Assembly: GCA_040387415.1 (NCBI GenBank)
Contig: JAZKDU010000004.1
Location: 185,231 to 249,230, forward strand
Direction: 5' to 3'
DNA: 64,000 nucleotides
Source: Bacteroidota bacterium
GTDB lineage: Bacteria > Bacteroidota > Bacteroidia > 2-12-FULL-35-15
Shown here: positions 32,114 through 41,325 of the stretch, piece after piece
Layout of the letters: every line of letters begins with the position of its first letter
How positions within the stretch are numbered: position 1 is the first letter of the stretch
Notes under the pieces: model-generated
Told to the model about the DNA's origin: nothing
The model's database searches: none
Seen by the model: the letters and a program-made list of their open reading frames with translations, nothing else
Program-made: the position numbers and the translations under genes

Positions 32114-33262
32114 TTATTTAATATGTTTTAAAATTTCAGCGCAGATAAATTCAGCAGCTTTACCATCACCAAATAATTCAGGAAACTGTAAATTTTGTAC
32201 TGTTGAGAAGTGTGAATAGGCTTCGTTAATTTGAGTTTCATTCGCATCAGCAATCCTTGCCGAACCGCAATTTACTAATTCAATCCATTCTGTTTCTGAA
32301 CGAAATATGATACACGGTTTCTTAAAAAAGAAAGCCTCCTTCTGTACGCCACCGGAATCAGTCATTACCAGGGCTGCATTTTTTTCCAATGCGATCATTT
32401 CTAAAAATGAAACTGGCGGAATTATTTTTATATAGTCGGAATTTTTTATTTTGCTATACAATTCCTCTGAAAGGTTTGCTGGCAGAAGTTTTGCTGTTCT
32501 TGGGTGTAATGGTAATACAACGATAATTTTGTTCTCTGTGGCAATTTTAAGTAAGGAACTAAAAATGGCATTTAGCCGCAAAGGTTCATCTGTATTGTTG
32601 TTCCGGTGTATGGTTGTGAGAATAAAATTATTTTCTTGGAGTTTGTTATCCTGTAGAACAGTTGTTTTTTGTTCCGCAACCGCTGAAAAATAAAGGCTGT
32701 TGTCATACATCACATCCCCGCAATGATAAATTTTTGCATTATCAAAAGAGTAGGGTGGTTGATTATTTTCTTTAAATCCTTCTTTCAGTAAATTAGTATA
32801 ACCTGATTTTGTAGGCGAGAATAAAAGTGTTGAAACATGGTCGCACATAATGCGGTTGATCTCCTCCGGCATCGCTTTGTTAAAGGACCTTAAGCCTGCC
32901 TCAATATGAATTACAGGCACCTGAATTTTTGATGCCGCTATTGCACCTGCTAATGTAGAATTGGTGTCGCCATACAATACAATACAGTTGGGTTTTTCTT
33001 TCAACAGTATATTTTCAATTCCTTCAATCATGGAGGCGGTTTGTTTTCCGTGATTGCCGGAACCGGTATTCAGGTTATAATCAGGTTGCGGAATATCAAG
33101 CTCATCAAAAAACACCTTCGACATATTTTCATCGTAATGCTGACCTGTATGTACAATAATTTCGAGGAGTTCCGAAGTGAACTTGTTTTTAATGGCCCTG
33201 CTTAAAGCTGCAGCTTTAATAATTTGTGGCCTGGCACCTATAATGGTCAGTATTTTTAACAT
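32114..33262 (-). CDS. wecB: UDP-N-acetylglucosamine 2-epimerase (non-hydrolysing)
   Basis: MLKILTIIGARPQIIKAAAL...HTGQHYDENMS...FDEL is the canonical WecB/MnaA N-terminus. 382 aa. Confidence 0.9.
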   Translation of the reverse strand: MLKILTIIGARPQIIKAAALSRAIKNKFTSELLEIIVHTGQHYDENMSKVFFDELDIPQPDYNLNTGSGNHGKQTASMIEGIENILLKEKPNCIVLYGDTNSTLAGAIAASKIQVPVIHIEAGLRSFNKAMPEEINRIMCDHVSTLLFSPTKSGYTNLLKEGFKENNQPPYSFDNAKIYHCGDVMYDNSLYFSAVAEQKTTVLQDNKLQENNFILTTIHRNNNTDEPLRLNAIFSSLLKIATENKIIVVLPLHPRTAKLLPANLSEELYSKIKNSDYIKIIPPVSFLEMIALEKNAALVMTDSGGVQKEAFFFKKPCIIFRSETEWIELVNCGSARIADANETQINEAYSHFSTVQNLQFPELFGDGKAAEFICAEILKHIK

Positions 33263-33445
33263 GATGGTAAAGATAAAATTTTATACTTCGCAAGACAAAA
33301 ATAAATAAGGAAGAAGGAGCCGCTTATTTGTGTTTTCATTTATGTTTTTTATCGCATAAAAAAATCGTACTATTGTTATGCTGTAAGAGACCCGAACCAG
33401 CTTATTTAATTGCTGTTAAAAGCCGGTCTCCTAAAAAAATTAATC

Positions 33446-35026
33446 ATGCTGAAACGATTTATAATTCTGTGTGTTGCCGTTATCCTATCTCATTTGGCGG
33501 ATGCGCAGATAATGTTGTCTGAAAGTTTTGAAGGGACTGTTTTCCCTCCTGCGGGCTGGGTTATACTAAATAACGGCCTCGGTAATAGCTGGTCGCTAAA
33601 CACATTGCCTGCAAATTCTTCCGCTGGCTCCAACTCCATGAGGTACGTTTTTACCAGTGCAGCCCCAGCAAACACCTGGGCGTTTACACCTGCAATAGCG
33701 CTTAATTCAGGAGATTCTGTGAACATCACATTTGACCAGCGTGTAGGTCTTTCGCTGTATGCAGAGGCAATGAAAGTAAACGTGGGCAGCGCGCAAACCG
33801 TAGCTTCTCAAACAACCACGCTGTATAATAACAATGCTTTAACCAATACTTCTTTTATTCAGCGTTTTATAACGTTTAAAGCAACAACAGCCGGTACCTA
33901 TTATTTTGCTTTCAACTGCTACTCTCCTGCGGATAGGTACAATCTCTTTATAGATAACATCAGAATTGAACAGCCTCTGCCTTACAATGCTGCTATTACC
34001 GCCCTATCTTCAACAAACGGAGGGTGTACGGTGAGTTCTGCAGAAATAATCGTGGTAACCGTAAAAAATGCCGGAACAGATACCATCAGTGGTTTTCCTG
34101 TAAAGTATTCCATTAATGGTGCTGTTGTTACCGAAACAATTTCCTCCAGCATTAATCCTGGAGCTTCTCTGAATTATACCTTTACAACACCAGCTGATTT
34201 GTCGACTACAGGCGTTTACACGATAACAGCATATACAGCACTCTCGACAGACGGGGATTTTACAAACGATTCCATTACTAAAGTAGTGGAGCATATTCCC
34301 GGTGGATTATTTGTAAAAGCGGTTAACACAATCACTCCCATACCTGATAATTCAGCAGGAGGCGCCTTTTCATCCGTAACTTTTTGCGGGCTTCCAACTT
34401 CCTTAAGTACTTCATTTATGATCGATTATCTTAAAATTGATAGTTTGCAGCATAGCTGGCTGGAGGACCTTGAAATGTACCTGATTTCCCCAGTGAATGA
34501 TAGTGTGCTGATTTCCAGTGGTAACGGTGGTGACGGATATGATATGACGGATGTTTTTTTTACCGATACTGCATCTACAAACATTAGTACGCTTACCACA
34601 GATGGAATTCCGGCTGGTTTTTACCACATTGAAAACACAAGCGGGTTAATGGCCTTAAATACCGGCCAAAATCCAAACGGTGAATGGAAACTGCGCATCC
34701 GGGATGGGAATGCGGGTGATGCTGGTGTATTATATAAGTGGACGCTGGCATTCAAATATGGAACTGCTGTTAACGAAAACACTAATAATGATTCTGATAT
34801 ACAGGTGTATCCAAATCCTTCTTCCGGTGACATTACAGTCCGGCTGAAAAGCAATAAAGAGGGGTTACAGGTAAAATTAATTAATAGTTCGGGGCAAGTT
34901 GTTTATAATGAAATTTTTAATCCTTTTTTGTCCTCATTTAAAGTAAATAGGCCTGACCGGGGGATTTACCTGTTACAAATTTCGTCAAAAGGCCATATTT
35001 TCTCAAAAAAAGTGGTTTTTGATTGA
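33446..35026 (+). CDS. T9SS type-A CTD secreted protein with an N-terminal choice-of-anchor-J-like domain and a proprotein-convertase P-domain. Start trimmed to MLKRFIILCV.
   Basis: Signal peptide MLKRFIILCVAVILSHLADAQ. P-domain signature ...FCGLPTS...DYLKIDSLQHSWLEDLEMYLISPVNDSVLISSG...GEWKLRIRDGNAGDAGVLYKWTLAF. C-terminus IQVYPNPSSGDITVRL...GIYLLQISSKGHIFSKKVVFD is a type-A CTD. Confidence 0.7.
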   Translation: MLKRFIILCVAVILSHLADAQIMLSESFEGTVFPPAGWVILNNGLGNSWSLNTLPANSSAGSNSMRYVFTSAAPANTWAFTPAIALNSGDSVNITFDQRVGLSLYAEAMKVNVGSAQTVASQTTTLYNNNALTNTSFIQRFITFKATTAGTYYFAFNCYSPADRYNLFIDNIRIEQPLPYNAAITALSSTNGGCTVSSAEIIVVTVKNAGTDTISGFPVKYSINGAVVTETISSSINPGASLNYTFTTPADLSTTGVYTITAYTALSTDGDFTNDSITKVVEHIPGGLFVKAVNTITPIPDNSAGGAFSSVTFCGLPTSLSTSFMIDYLKIDSLQHSWLEDLEMYLISPVNDSVLISSGNGGDGYDMTDVFFTDTASTNISTLTTDGIPAGFYHIENTSGLMALNTGQNPNGEWKLRIRDGNAGDAGVLYKWTLAFKYGTAVNENTNNDSDIQVYPNPSSGDITVRLKSNKEGLQVKLINSSGQVVYNEIFNPFLSSFKVNRPDRGIYLLQISSKGHIFSKKVVFD

Positions 35027-35136
35027 AAAAACCACCAAAAGGAGTGTTTTTTGTTGGTTTTTGATCAAAAATTCATTTTTCCATAAGCTATTATAATAAT
35101 AGAGTTCGATTTCATATAATGCATTTCCAAAATGAA

Positions 35137-35217
35137 ATTATGAAACCGCGCGCCAGGAATGAACAAACGCGATGCCGCGTTGCCTGTGTGTGGAAATCGT
35201 TTGTTCTTGAATTTTTG
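35137..35217 (+). repeat. copy A of an 81-bp conserved GC-rich palindromic intergenic element. It is the inverted partner of 59305..59385.
   Basis: attatgaaaccgcgcgccAGGAATGAACAAACGCGATGCCGCGTTGCCtgtgtgtggaaAATCGTTTGTTCTTGAATTTTTG. Contains the nested palindromes aacgcg-atgc-cgcgtt and gaacaaacg...cgtttgttc. About 90% identical to the reverse complement of copy B. Confidence 0.85.
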
Positions 35218-35454
35218 GTTCTTTTTTTTCAAGAAAAAAGAACAACGCCCAGTTTTGTTAATTGATGGTCATTTCGGATACATTTCGAAATCCATAGATG
35301 CTGAAATAAATTCAGCATCACACAGCCTCATTTGATACTTAAGGTACAGCGAAGTGGTTTTTATATAATTCTGCGTTTTACATCCAAATAACATAAAAAC
35401 GCATCAAAAATCTCAATTTTTAATGCGTTTTTGCGTTTTTTAATGAAATTAGGA

Positions 35455-37008
35455 TTATTTGGCCTTCATTCTGATGGCATGTGAAACTTCATACGATTCA
35501 TTACTCGCGTTAGGAGTAAAATCTTCCGTATAGGTTTCATAACCAGGGTTTTCTGCAGTAATTACGTAGTGTTTGCCTGGAGTTAGAATGAACAAGTACT
35601 TTCCTGTAGTCGCATTGGGCAGGTAAGTACCGATTAATTTTCCGGTTTCTTTTTCCGCAATGTTAATATTTACAGTCGTATAGTTATTTTGAGTCCCAGT
35701 GTTCTGCAGTACTACTCCACCTTTAACAAGCACGCTAACAGCATCTTGCGATTTATTTAAGAGTTCATATTGCTTTTTAAGAGCCTTTTGTGTTACATCA
35801 TCCGAAAAATCGCTGTCGAGGAAGGATGCTATTTCATTACGAAGTGCCTGAATATCATCTTGCGAAGAATTAGGATCATCAAACATCACCTCGATTTTTT
35901 TGAGCAGCTGCTGAAAAAGCAAATTATTCAATTTAGGATTGATTTGCGGAACATCGCTTTTTAAGCCCTGTTTTTTCATGCGCTCTTCCAGTTCCTTTAT
36001 TTTTTTCTCAGTTTCTCCTACCTGTGCCTGTAAATTGTCCAGTAACTCTTCATAATCAGCATTTCCCTGCTGTGCTGCAGGCACAGAATCAGTATAGTTT
36101 TTAGATTTTTTATTTTCGCCAAATTTAAAATTGATCATCAGTTCATGGCTGGTACCGGCATAAGTACCAATCGGTCCAATAATAAAGTCATAGGAGTAAC
36201 CCAGGTACAATTGTTTGTGAATACAGAATCCGGCATGAGCCGCTACAGCGTAACCGCTCTTATAGGTTGCTCCCAGCCAGAATTTATCTTTCCAATCCAC
36301 ATTAAGCGTTCCATCATATTGAAAAGGAGTATTCGGCACAAAACGAACCAAAGCCTGTGGCACAATGGAAATACCCTTGTCTTCCACAATGTAAAACCTG
36401 TATTTGGCGGTGGCCATATAATGACGAGCCATCGCATAGTAACCGCGTATGTTGGTGTTATCAACGTAATTGATCTTGTTTTGCAGTAGTTGCGGCACCG
36501 CAGCCCCAATCTCTAAGTTGTTCCATACAAAACCAATTCCGGCCGATCCGTCAAAGGTGGTTTTGCGCTGCAGATCAGTAAACAGGTTAGGGTCTGTATT
36601 GTTTTCAACAAGGGTTTTAGAGAAATCAAGCGTTTGGTTAATAATACCGGCAGATACTCCAAACAGCACATGCATATCGTTATTGATTGTAATCCGGTAG
36701 GAATAGGACAGATTGCCGGAAGTTCTGTTGGTAATCCCTTTTCTATCGCTGATAAGGCTAATGCCCAAACCCACTTTTTTTTCTACCAGGCTGCCATCCA
36801 GTGTAAGTATCGTCAGTTTTGGAGCTCCTTTAAAATCGGTCCATTGGTTGCGGTTGACCAGCATTGCATTTGTAGCCCCTTCCGAACCTGTAAAAGCCGG
36901 ATTATAGATCATCGGCTTATAAAAATAATGGCTATACATCCCTATTTGCTGGGCAGGAGCAATTAGTGCAGATAAAACAATGGATAATATGATAAGCCCT
37001 TTCTTCAT
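35455..37008 (-). CDS. PorP/SprF-family type IX secretion membrane protein with a long C-terminal extension (517 aa)
   Basis: N-terminus MKKGLIILSIVLSALIAPAQQIGMYSHYFYKPMIYNPAFTG...NRNQWTDFKGAP is the PorP/SprF family signature. About 200 extra C-terminal residues include a coiled-coil and Lys-rich segment and a beta-rich domain. Confidence 0.75.
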   Translation of the reverse strand: MKKGLIILSIVLSALIAPAQQIGMYSHYFYKPMIYNPAFTGSEGATNAMLVNRNQWTDFKGAPKLTILTLDGSLVEKKVGLGISLISDRKGITNRTSGNLSYSYRITINNDMHVLFGVSAGIINQTLDFSKTLVENNTDPNLFTDLQRKTTFDGSAGIGFVWNNLEIGAAVPQLLQNKINYVDNTNIRGYYAMARHYMATAKYRFYIVEDKGISIVPQALVRFVPNTPFQYDGTLNVDWKDKFWLGATYKSGYAVAAHAGFCIHKQLYLGYSYDFIIGPIGTYAGTSHELMINFKFGENKKSKNYTDSVPAAQQGNADYEELLDNLQAQVGETEKKIKELEERMKKQGLKSDVPQINPKLNNLLFQQLLKKIEVMFDDPNSSQDDIQALRNEIASFLDSDFSDDVTQKALKKQYELLNKSQDAVSVLVKGGVVLQNTGTQNNYTTVNINIAEKETGKLIGTYLPNATTGKYLFILTPGKHYVITAENPGYETYTEDFTPNASNESYEVSHAIRMKAK

Positions 37009-37232
37009 TCTTTTAAATAAACAGGTAGGCGGTGTAAAGCTTTAATATTCAGACTCAGCTAGCTATGCAATTTAATTCTCCAATTTACTTCTGGCCGTCC
37101 AGAGCGCTTTTCGCGATCGAAGCAAACTTTTTTTTGCTACTGTGAGATTGCTTCGCCCTATCTGCGAAGAGGGCTCGCAATTACGTTTTAATCAGCATTT
37201 ATTTAAATACCTTAAAATCGTCCCTTAAACGC

Positions 37233-38657
37233 TTATTCAATCAGCTTTAGCACCCAGGCATTACTGCTGTCCTTTGAATTCAATTCTTTAGCTTTTTCAA
37301 GCGCTTCCTCTTTTGTTTCTAGTTTTTCTGCAAAAACATAATTGTTTTGTTTGGATTGCGAATAGATCCAGTTGGCATTAGCGAAACCACGCTTGTTGTA
37401 ATTTTTAACCTCATCAATCGCAAAATCACGGTAAAAAAAGATCCCTACAATCACATAAAAACCTTTATCAGGCATAATATCCTTGTTGTTCTTAAAATCA
37501 CTTCTTTTGGTGATGAATATCCCTTCGCTGTCCTCTGTGCCTGGCTTGGTATTCTGAACAGGAGCTATTGCCTGGGTGGTGTTTTGTTTGTCCAGCTTAT
37601 CATTCAGTTCTTTGAGCTTTTCCTGGTTCTTTTTAAGCTGATTTTCAAGCTTATCAAATCGCTGCTCATACGCGGTGTTTTCCATCTCAGGAAGCGTATC
37701 TACAGGAGCGTTTGTAGATACGGAGGCACTTTTTCTGCCGAGTATTTTAAAGTTCACCATTATTTCGTGGCTCACACCGGCATATTTACCAATACTCCCG
37801 ATAATAAAATCATACGAATAGCCCAGATACAGCTGTTTGTGTACACAAAAACCAATATTTGCCGCTACCGCATAATTGCTTTTATAAGTGGCCCCCACCC
37901 AGCCTTTATCCTGCCAGTCGAGGTTAACAGCTACATCGTATTGCAGGGGAGCTTGCGGTACTATGCGGACCTGTGCAAATGGTTTTATCGAAATATCTTT
38001 ATCTTCTATAATAACAAATTTATAGTTTACAGATGCCATGTAATGCCGCTTTTGGCTGTAGTAGGCTTTTGCATCGCTGCTGTCTGCATAATCAACCGAT
38101 TTCACTTTGGTTTCAATCAATTGAGGAGCGGAAACACCTATATTTAAATCTTTCCAGGAAAACACCAACCCTGCATTTACGTCAAAAGTGGTTTTATGCT
38201 GATAGTCCGTGTACAAGGTTGGATCTGCGGCATTTTCAACTTGGGCCCTGGAAAAATCAATGGTTTGGTCAATAATACCGAAGGACGCTCCTAAGGATAA
38301 GCGCATATCCTCGTTTAATTTCAAATGGTAGGAATAATACATGTTTCCACCCATCCGGCTCATCAGGCCCTTTCTGTCGCTGATCAAACCCAAACCAACA
38401 CCCACTTTTTTATCCATCAAACTGCCATCAGCTGTAAAAATGGTTAATTGTGGCGCGCCTTTAAAACCTGTCCATTGCGAACGGCTGATCAGCATGGCAT
38501 TAGCAGCATCGTCAGTTCCGGTAAAAGCAGGGTTAAATACCAGTGGCTTGTAAAAACTATGGTTGTACATACCTACCTGTTGGGCAAAAGCCCCCTTCCA
38601 GCCTTCCCCGAAGAGAAGAAATAAAACAAAAGATAGTATGATTAACCTTTTTCTCAT
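37233..38657 (-). CDS. PorP/SprF-family type IX secretion membrane protein, tandem paralog with a C-terminal SPOR-like domain
   Basis: N-terminus ...AQQVGMYNHSFYKPLVFNPAFTGTDDAANAMLISRSQWTGFKGAP. About 45% identical to the downstream paralog over the core. The C-terminal about 90 aa (FYVIVGIFFYRDFAIDEV...NAWVLKL) are SPOR-like. Confidence 0.8.
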   Translation of the reverse strand: MRKRLIILSFVLFLLFGEGWKGAFAQQVGMYNHSFYKPLVFNPAFTGTDDAANAMLISRSQWTGFKGAPQLTIFTADGSLMDKKVGVGLGLISDRKGLMSRMGGNMYYSYHLKLNEDMRLSLGASFGIIDQTIDFSRAQVENAADPTLYTDYQHKTTFDVNAGLVFSWKDLNIGVSAPQLIETKVKSVDYADSSDAKAYYSQKRHYMASVNYKFVIIEDKDISIKPFAQVRIVPQAPLQYDVAVNLDWQDKGWVGATYKSNYAVAANIGFCVHKQLYLGYSYDFIIGSIGKYAGVSHEIMVNFKILGRKSASVSTNAPVDTLPEMENTAYEQRFDKLENQLKKNQEKLKELNDKLDKQNTTQAIAPVQNTKPGTEDSEGIFITKRSDFKNNKDIMPDKGFYVIVGIFFYRDFAIDEVKNYNKRGFANANWIYSQSKQNNYVFAEKLETKEEALEKAKELNSKDSSNAWVLKLIE

Positions 38658-38792
38658 CGTACTTGCGCAGATTTGAGATATGAGATTTGAGTATTGAGAT
38701 AATATAAATTGTAATTCGTTTCCATATAATTCATCTTGTTGTAGATCTGGGTATTAAAGGCTGTTCTCACGTCTCATATCCCACATCTAACT

Positions 38793-40166
38793 CTACTTAT
38801 TCTTCAAAATCTCCAGTGATCCCTTCACTACAATATCCGTTTCGTCAAAGCGAAGTACGTAAAAGTAGGTGCCATCAGGTAAATCAGAACCGTTGTATGT
38901 ACCGCTCCAATCGTTGGTATATCCTTTTTTGGTATATACCTGGTTGCCGTAAATGTTGTATATAAACACCTCATTATCAGGGTAGCTTAAGATGTCTTGT
39001 ATGTACCAGGTATCGTTAATACCGTCTCCGTTAGGGGTAAACAGGTTAGAAACCATTCCATTAAATTCCAGTACAAAAATGGTGATCAGCACACTGTCAG
39101 TAGTAACGCAGGAATTATTATCCGTTACAGTAATGGTATACTGCGTGGTGACTAAGGGGGTGGCCAAAGGGTTAAAAATAGTAGCAGTGTCAAGTCCTGT
39201 TGCGGGTGTCCATACAGCGGTTCCATTCCCTGTTCCCATCAAGGAAAGGGAAGTTCCCTGCACCACCGTAGTGTCAGCAATTGTACTTATTGGATTAGGG
39301 ATTATGGATAAAATAGCCGGAGTGGAAGTATCGCTGGGACAGGCACCGTTTTGTACAATTGCCTGGTACCATGTGGTTTGCGTTAGCCCGCTGTAGGTTT
39401 GGAATGTGGTATCATTGGTAATCGGAGTCCATAAAATACTGTCCGTTGACGATAGCCAGCTTTGCACATCTCCAAGCTCTCCCGTTAAATTGAGCGTGCC
39501 GCTATTGATACCGGTACATACGGTATCTGTGCCGGAAACCATGCCTGCAACTGATACGGAATCGTAAGTGAAAGAAGCGATGGAAGAAGTATCCGAAGGG
39601 CAGGTAGCACCGCTTTGCACAATGGCTCTGTAATAGGTGTTTTGAGTAAGATTAGCGTGGTTGAGTGTATGGTTGGTATCCGATATCGTATTCCAGGTTC
39701 CCCCGGGAATAGAATCCTGCCAAAAAAGTACACTTCCTGTATCAGCTACCAGCGTGAGCACTCCCGTTCCTGTTCCTGGTGTAATGCAAAAAACTCCTCC
39801 TCCGGTAATAGTTCCCCCTATGCTTGGTGGATAAATATCAATGCAGGACGTAGAGGATGCAGCTTCAGGGAAAGCGCCATCTTTAACAATGGCTCTGTAA
39901 CAGGTGGATTGCGGAAGGTTTGTATAGCTAACTGAGGGTGAAATGTTAAAGAGGGGTAACCAATTGCTGCCTCCATCTGTTGAATAGTCCCAACGTATAA
40001 TTGCACCATTACTTGTAGTCGTATCTAAATTTATAAAGCCGGAATTAGCATTAGCACAGTATATTGCTGCACCAGAGGTAAATCCACCAATAGATTGCGC
40101 CTGAACTTTTCCAAACGTTAAACAGATAATTATAAAAAACAGAAGTTTTTTGGAAAAACACTTCAT
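38793..40166 (-). CDS. secreted Ig-like repeat protein with a T9SS type-B (gliding-motility) C-terminal domain, cognate-cargo candidate for the adjacent PorP/SprF. Start trimmed to MKCFSKKLLFF.
   Basis: Signal peptide MKCFSKKLLFFIIICLTFGKVQAQ. Internal ~85-aa repeats (...TYYRAIV..GA.P.D.S...). C-terminus NLFTPNGDGINDTWYIQDI...IYNIYGNQVY...WSG.YNG...PDGTYFYVLRF matches type-B CTD. Confidence 0.75.
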   Translation of the reverse strand: MKCFSKKLLFFIIICLTFGKVQAQSIGGFTSGAAIYCANANSGFINLDTTTSNGAIIRWDYSTDGGSNWLPLFNISPSVSYTNLPQSTCYRAIVKDGAFPEAASSTSCIDIYPPSIGGTITGGGVFCITPGTGTGVLTLVADTGSVLFWQDSIPGGTWNTISDTNHTLNHANLTQNTYYRAIVQSGATCPSDTSSIASFTYDSVSVAGMVSGTDTVCTGINSGTLNLTGELGDVQSWLSSTDSILWTPITNDTTFQTYSGLTQTTWYQAIVQNGACPSDTSTPAILSIIPNPISTIADTTVVQGTSLSLMGTGNGTAVWTPATGLDTATIFNPLATPLVTTQYTITVTDNNSCVTTDSVLITIFVLEFNGMVSNLFTPNGDGINDTWYIQDILSYPDNEVFIYNIYGNQVYTKKGYTNDWSGTYNGSDLPDGTYFYVLRFDETDIVVKGSLEILKNK

Positions 40167-40531
40167 AAACAAGTCAGTTAAATATATCGAAGCCATGCTT
40201 CAATCGCAAAACTATAAAAAAATCCGGTTTTTTTAGTGTTATAATTGCCCGATCTTCAAAAATAACAGCAACAATGAGCAAACACTCTCAAACCTAAACG
40301 AATTTTGTCAATATTAGTTCGGAAATAGAATGTTTTAATGAGAAAGGAATAAGGCTCTGTTTTATTGGCAGTAAGGGGTTTTTTTGCAAAAAAATCCGGT
40401 TATCGTTCTCGTAATTGGCAGAATAGATCAGAAACAGCTTAGAAAAAGGAAAAATCAGCTATTTTGAAAGGATTTTAAGTGTTTTTAGTTCAAAAAACCT
40501 CTTAAACGGTGTTATAAAACTATTTTTTGCT

Positions 40532-41233
40532 TTAAAAGATCCCAGCAATGCCAAAATTCGGGTAAAAACGATTGTCGTAATGCACTACACTGGTTTCGAG
40601 GTAAAGGTGGCGATAACGCATTCCTAATGATACGATAGGGCTGTATACCTTTAAATTGGTACTATAAGCCCGGGTGGTATATTTTTTAATTTCGATATTG
40701 GTATAACTGTAACGCGGGGTAAGGATCAGCATAAAATCTTTATTGAACTTATAGGAAATTGGTATAAAAAAATCTGCATTGTATGCGAGCTTGGATTCAA
40801 CACTTACAGCGGTTTGATTTCCAAAAATGCGTATTGAATCCCGGGCTGTTACAAAGCCAAGATCTACCCCAATAGCGGCATTGAATTTAGAGGTACGATC
40901 GAAAAATCCATACTGAGTTCCGGCACGCAGTCCAAAACCTCCGATAAACCCCGGCAAATGACCGGCAATTCTTACATTCATGTGTTCACCCAAACCTATT
41001 TGGCCGCCAAAGGACAAAATGGGCGCAGCTTCAATTTTATTGGAAAAATTTATCTTTTTATCTGCTGAAATAGAATCAATTTTTGGTTTCAATCCGGTTC
41101 CCAGGCCCACATAAGCTTTTCCTTTCCCTTTTATCATGGGAGTAGGATCATTTACATACAAATTGTTAGTGACCATGCAGGATGATAAAAATCCAAAAAC
41201 TGATAAAAGAAAAATGATGCTTTTAAGTTTCAT
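40532..41233 (-). CDS. putative outer-membrane beta-barrel lipoprotein, hypothetical
   Basis: Lipoprotein-type signal FLSSC. Alternating amphipathic beta-strand pattern and a C-terminal aromatic residue (...GIAGIF). Confidence 0.45.
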   Translation of the reverse strand: MKLKSIIFLLSVFGFLSSCMVTNNLYVNDPTPMIKGKGKAYVGLGTGLKPKIDSISADKKINFSNKIEAAPILSFGGQIGLGEHMNVRIAGHLPGFIGGFGLRAGTQYGFFDRTSKFNAAIGVDLGFVTARDSIRIFGNQTAVSVESKLAYNADFFIPISYKFNKDFMLILTPRYSYTNIEIKKYTTRAYSTNLKVYSPIVSLGMRYRHLYLETSVVHYDNRFYPNFGIAGIF

Positions 41234-41271
41234 AAAAGGTATTTATTTGATTTTCGGTTTAAAAATAGAAG

Positions 41272-41318
41272 CAAAAAGCCGTTTCAATACGATATTGAAA
41301 ACGGCTTTTTTGTTTTTC
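41272..41318 (-). terminator. long hairpin with a flanking T/A run between the FadL-like gene and the small outer-membrane protein gene
   Basis: aaagccgtttcaata-cga-tattgaaaacggcttt (15-16 bp stem), followed by ttttgttttt on + and preceded by its complement on -. Confidence 0.5.
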
Positions 41319-41325
41319 GAACCAA

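Noticed and set aside
35218-35243. Hairpin gttctttttt-ttcaag-aaaaaagaac following repeat copy A, considered as a terminator
   Set aside because: The stem is almost entirely A/T (2 GC pairs) and the U-run lies inside the stem rather than after it. It was noted within the repeat finding and not called as a terminator.
37347-38147. 266-aa ORF antisense to the second PorP/SprF gene, and many other 60-170-aa antisense ORFs inside the giant genes (for example 1715..2029, 12882..13385, 22575..22988, 24408..24710)
   Set aside because: These are shadow ORFs in the reverse frames of long, compositionally biased or repetitive genes. They have low-complexity translations, no start context and no motifs, and the sense-strand genes have clear family signatures.
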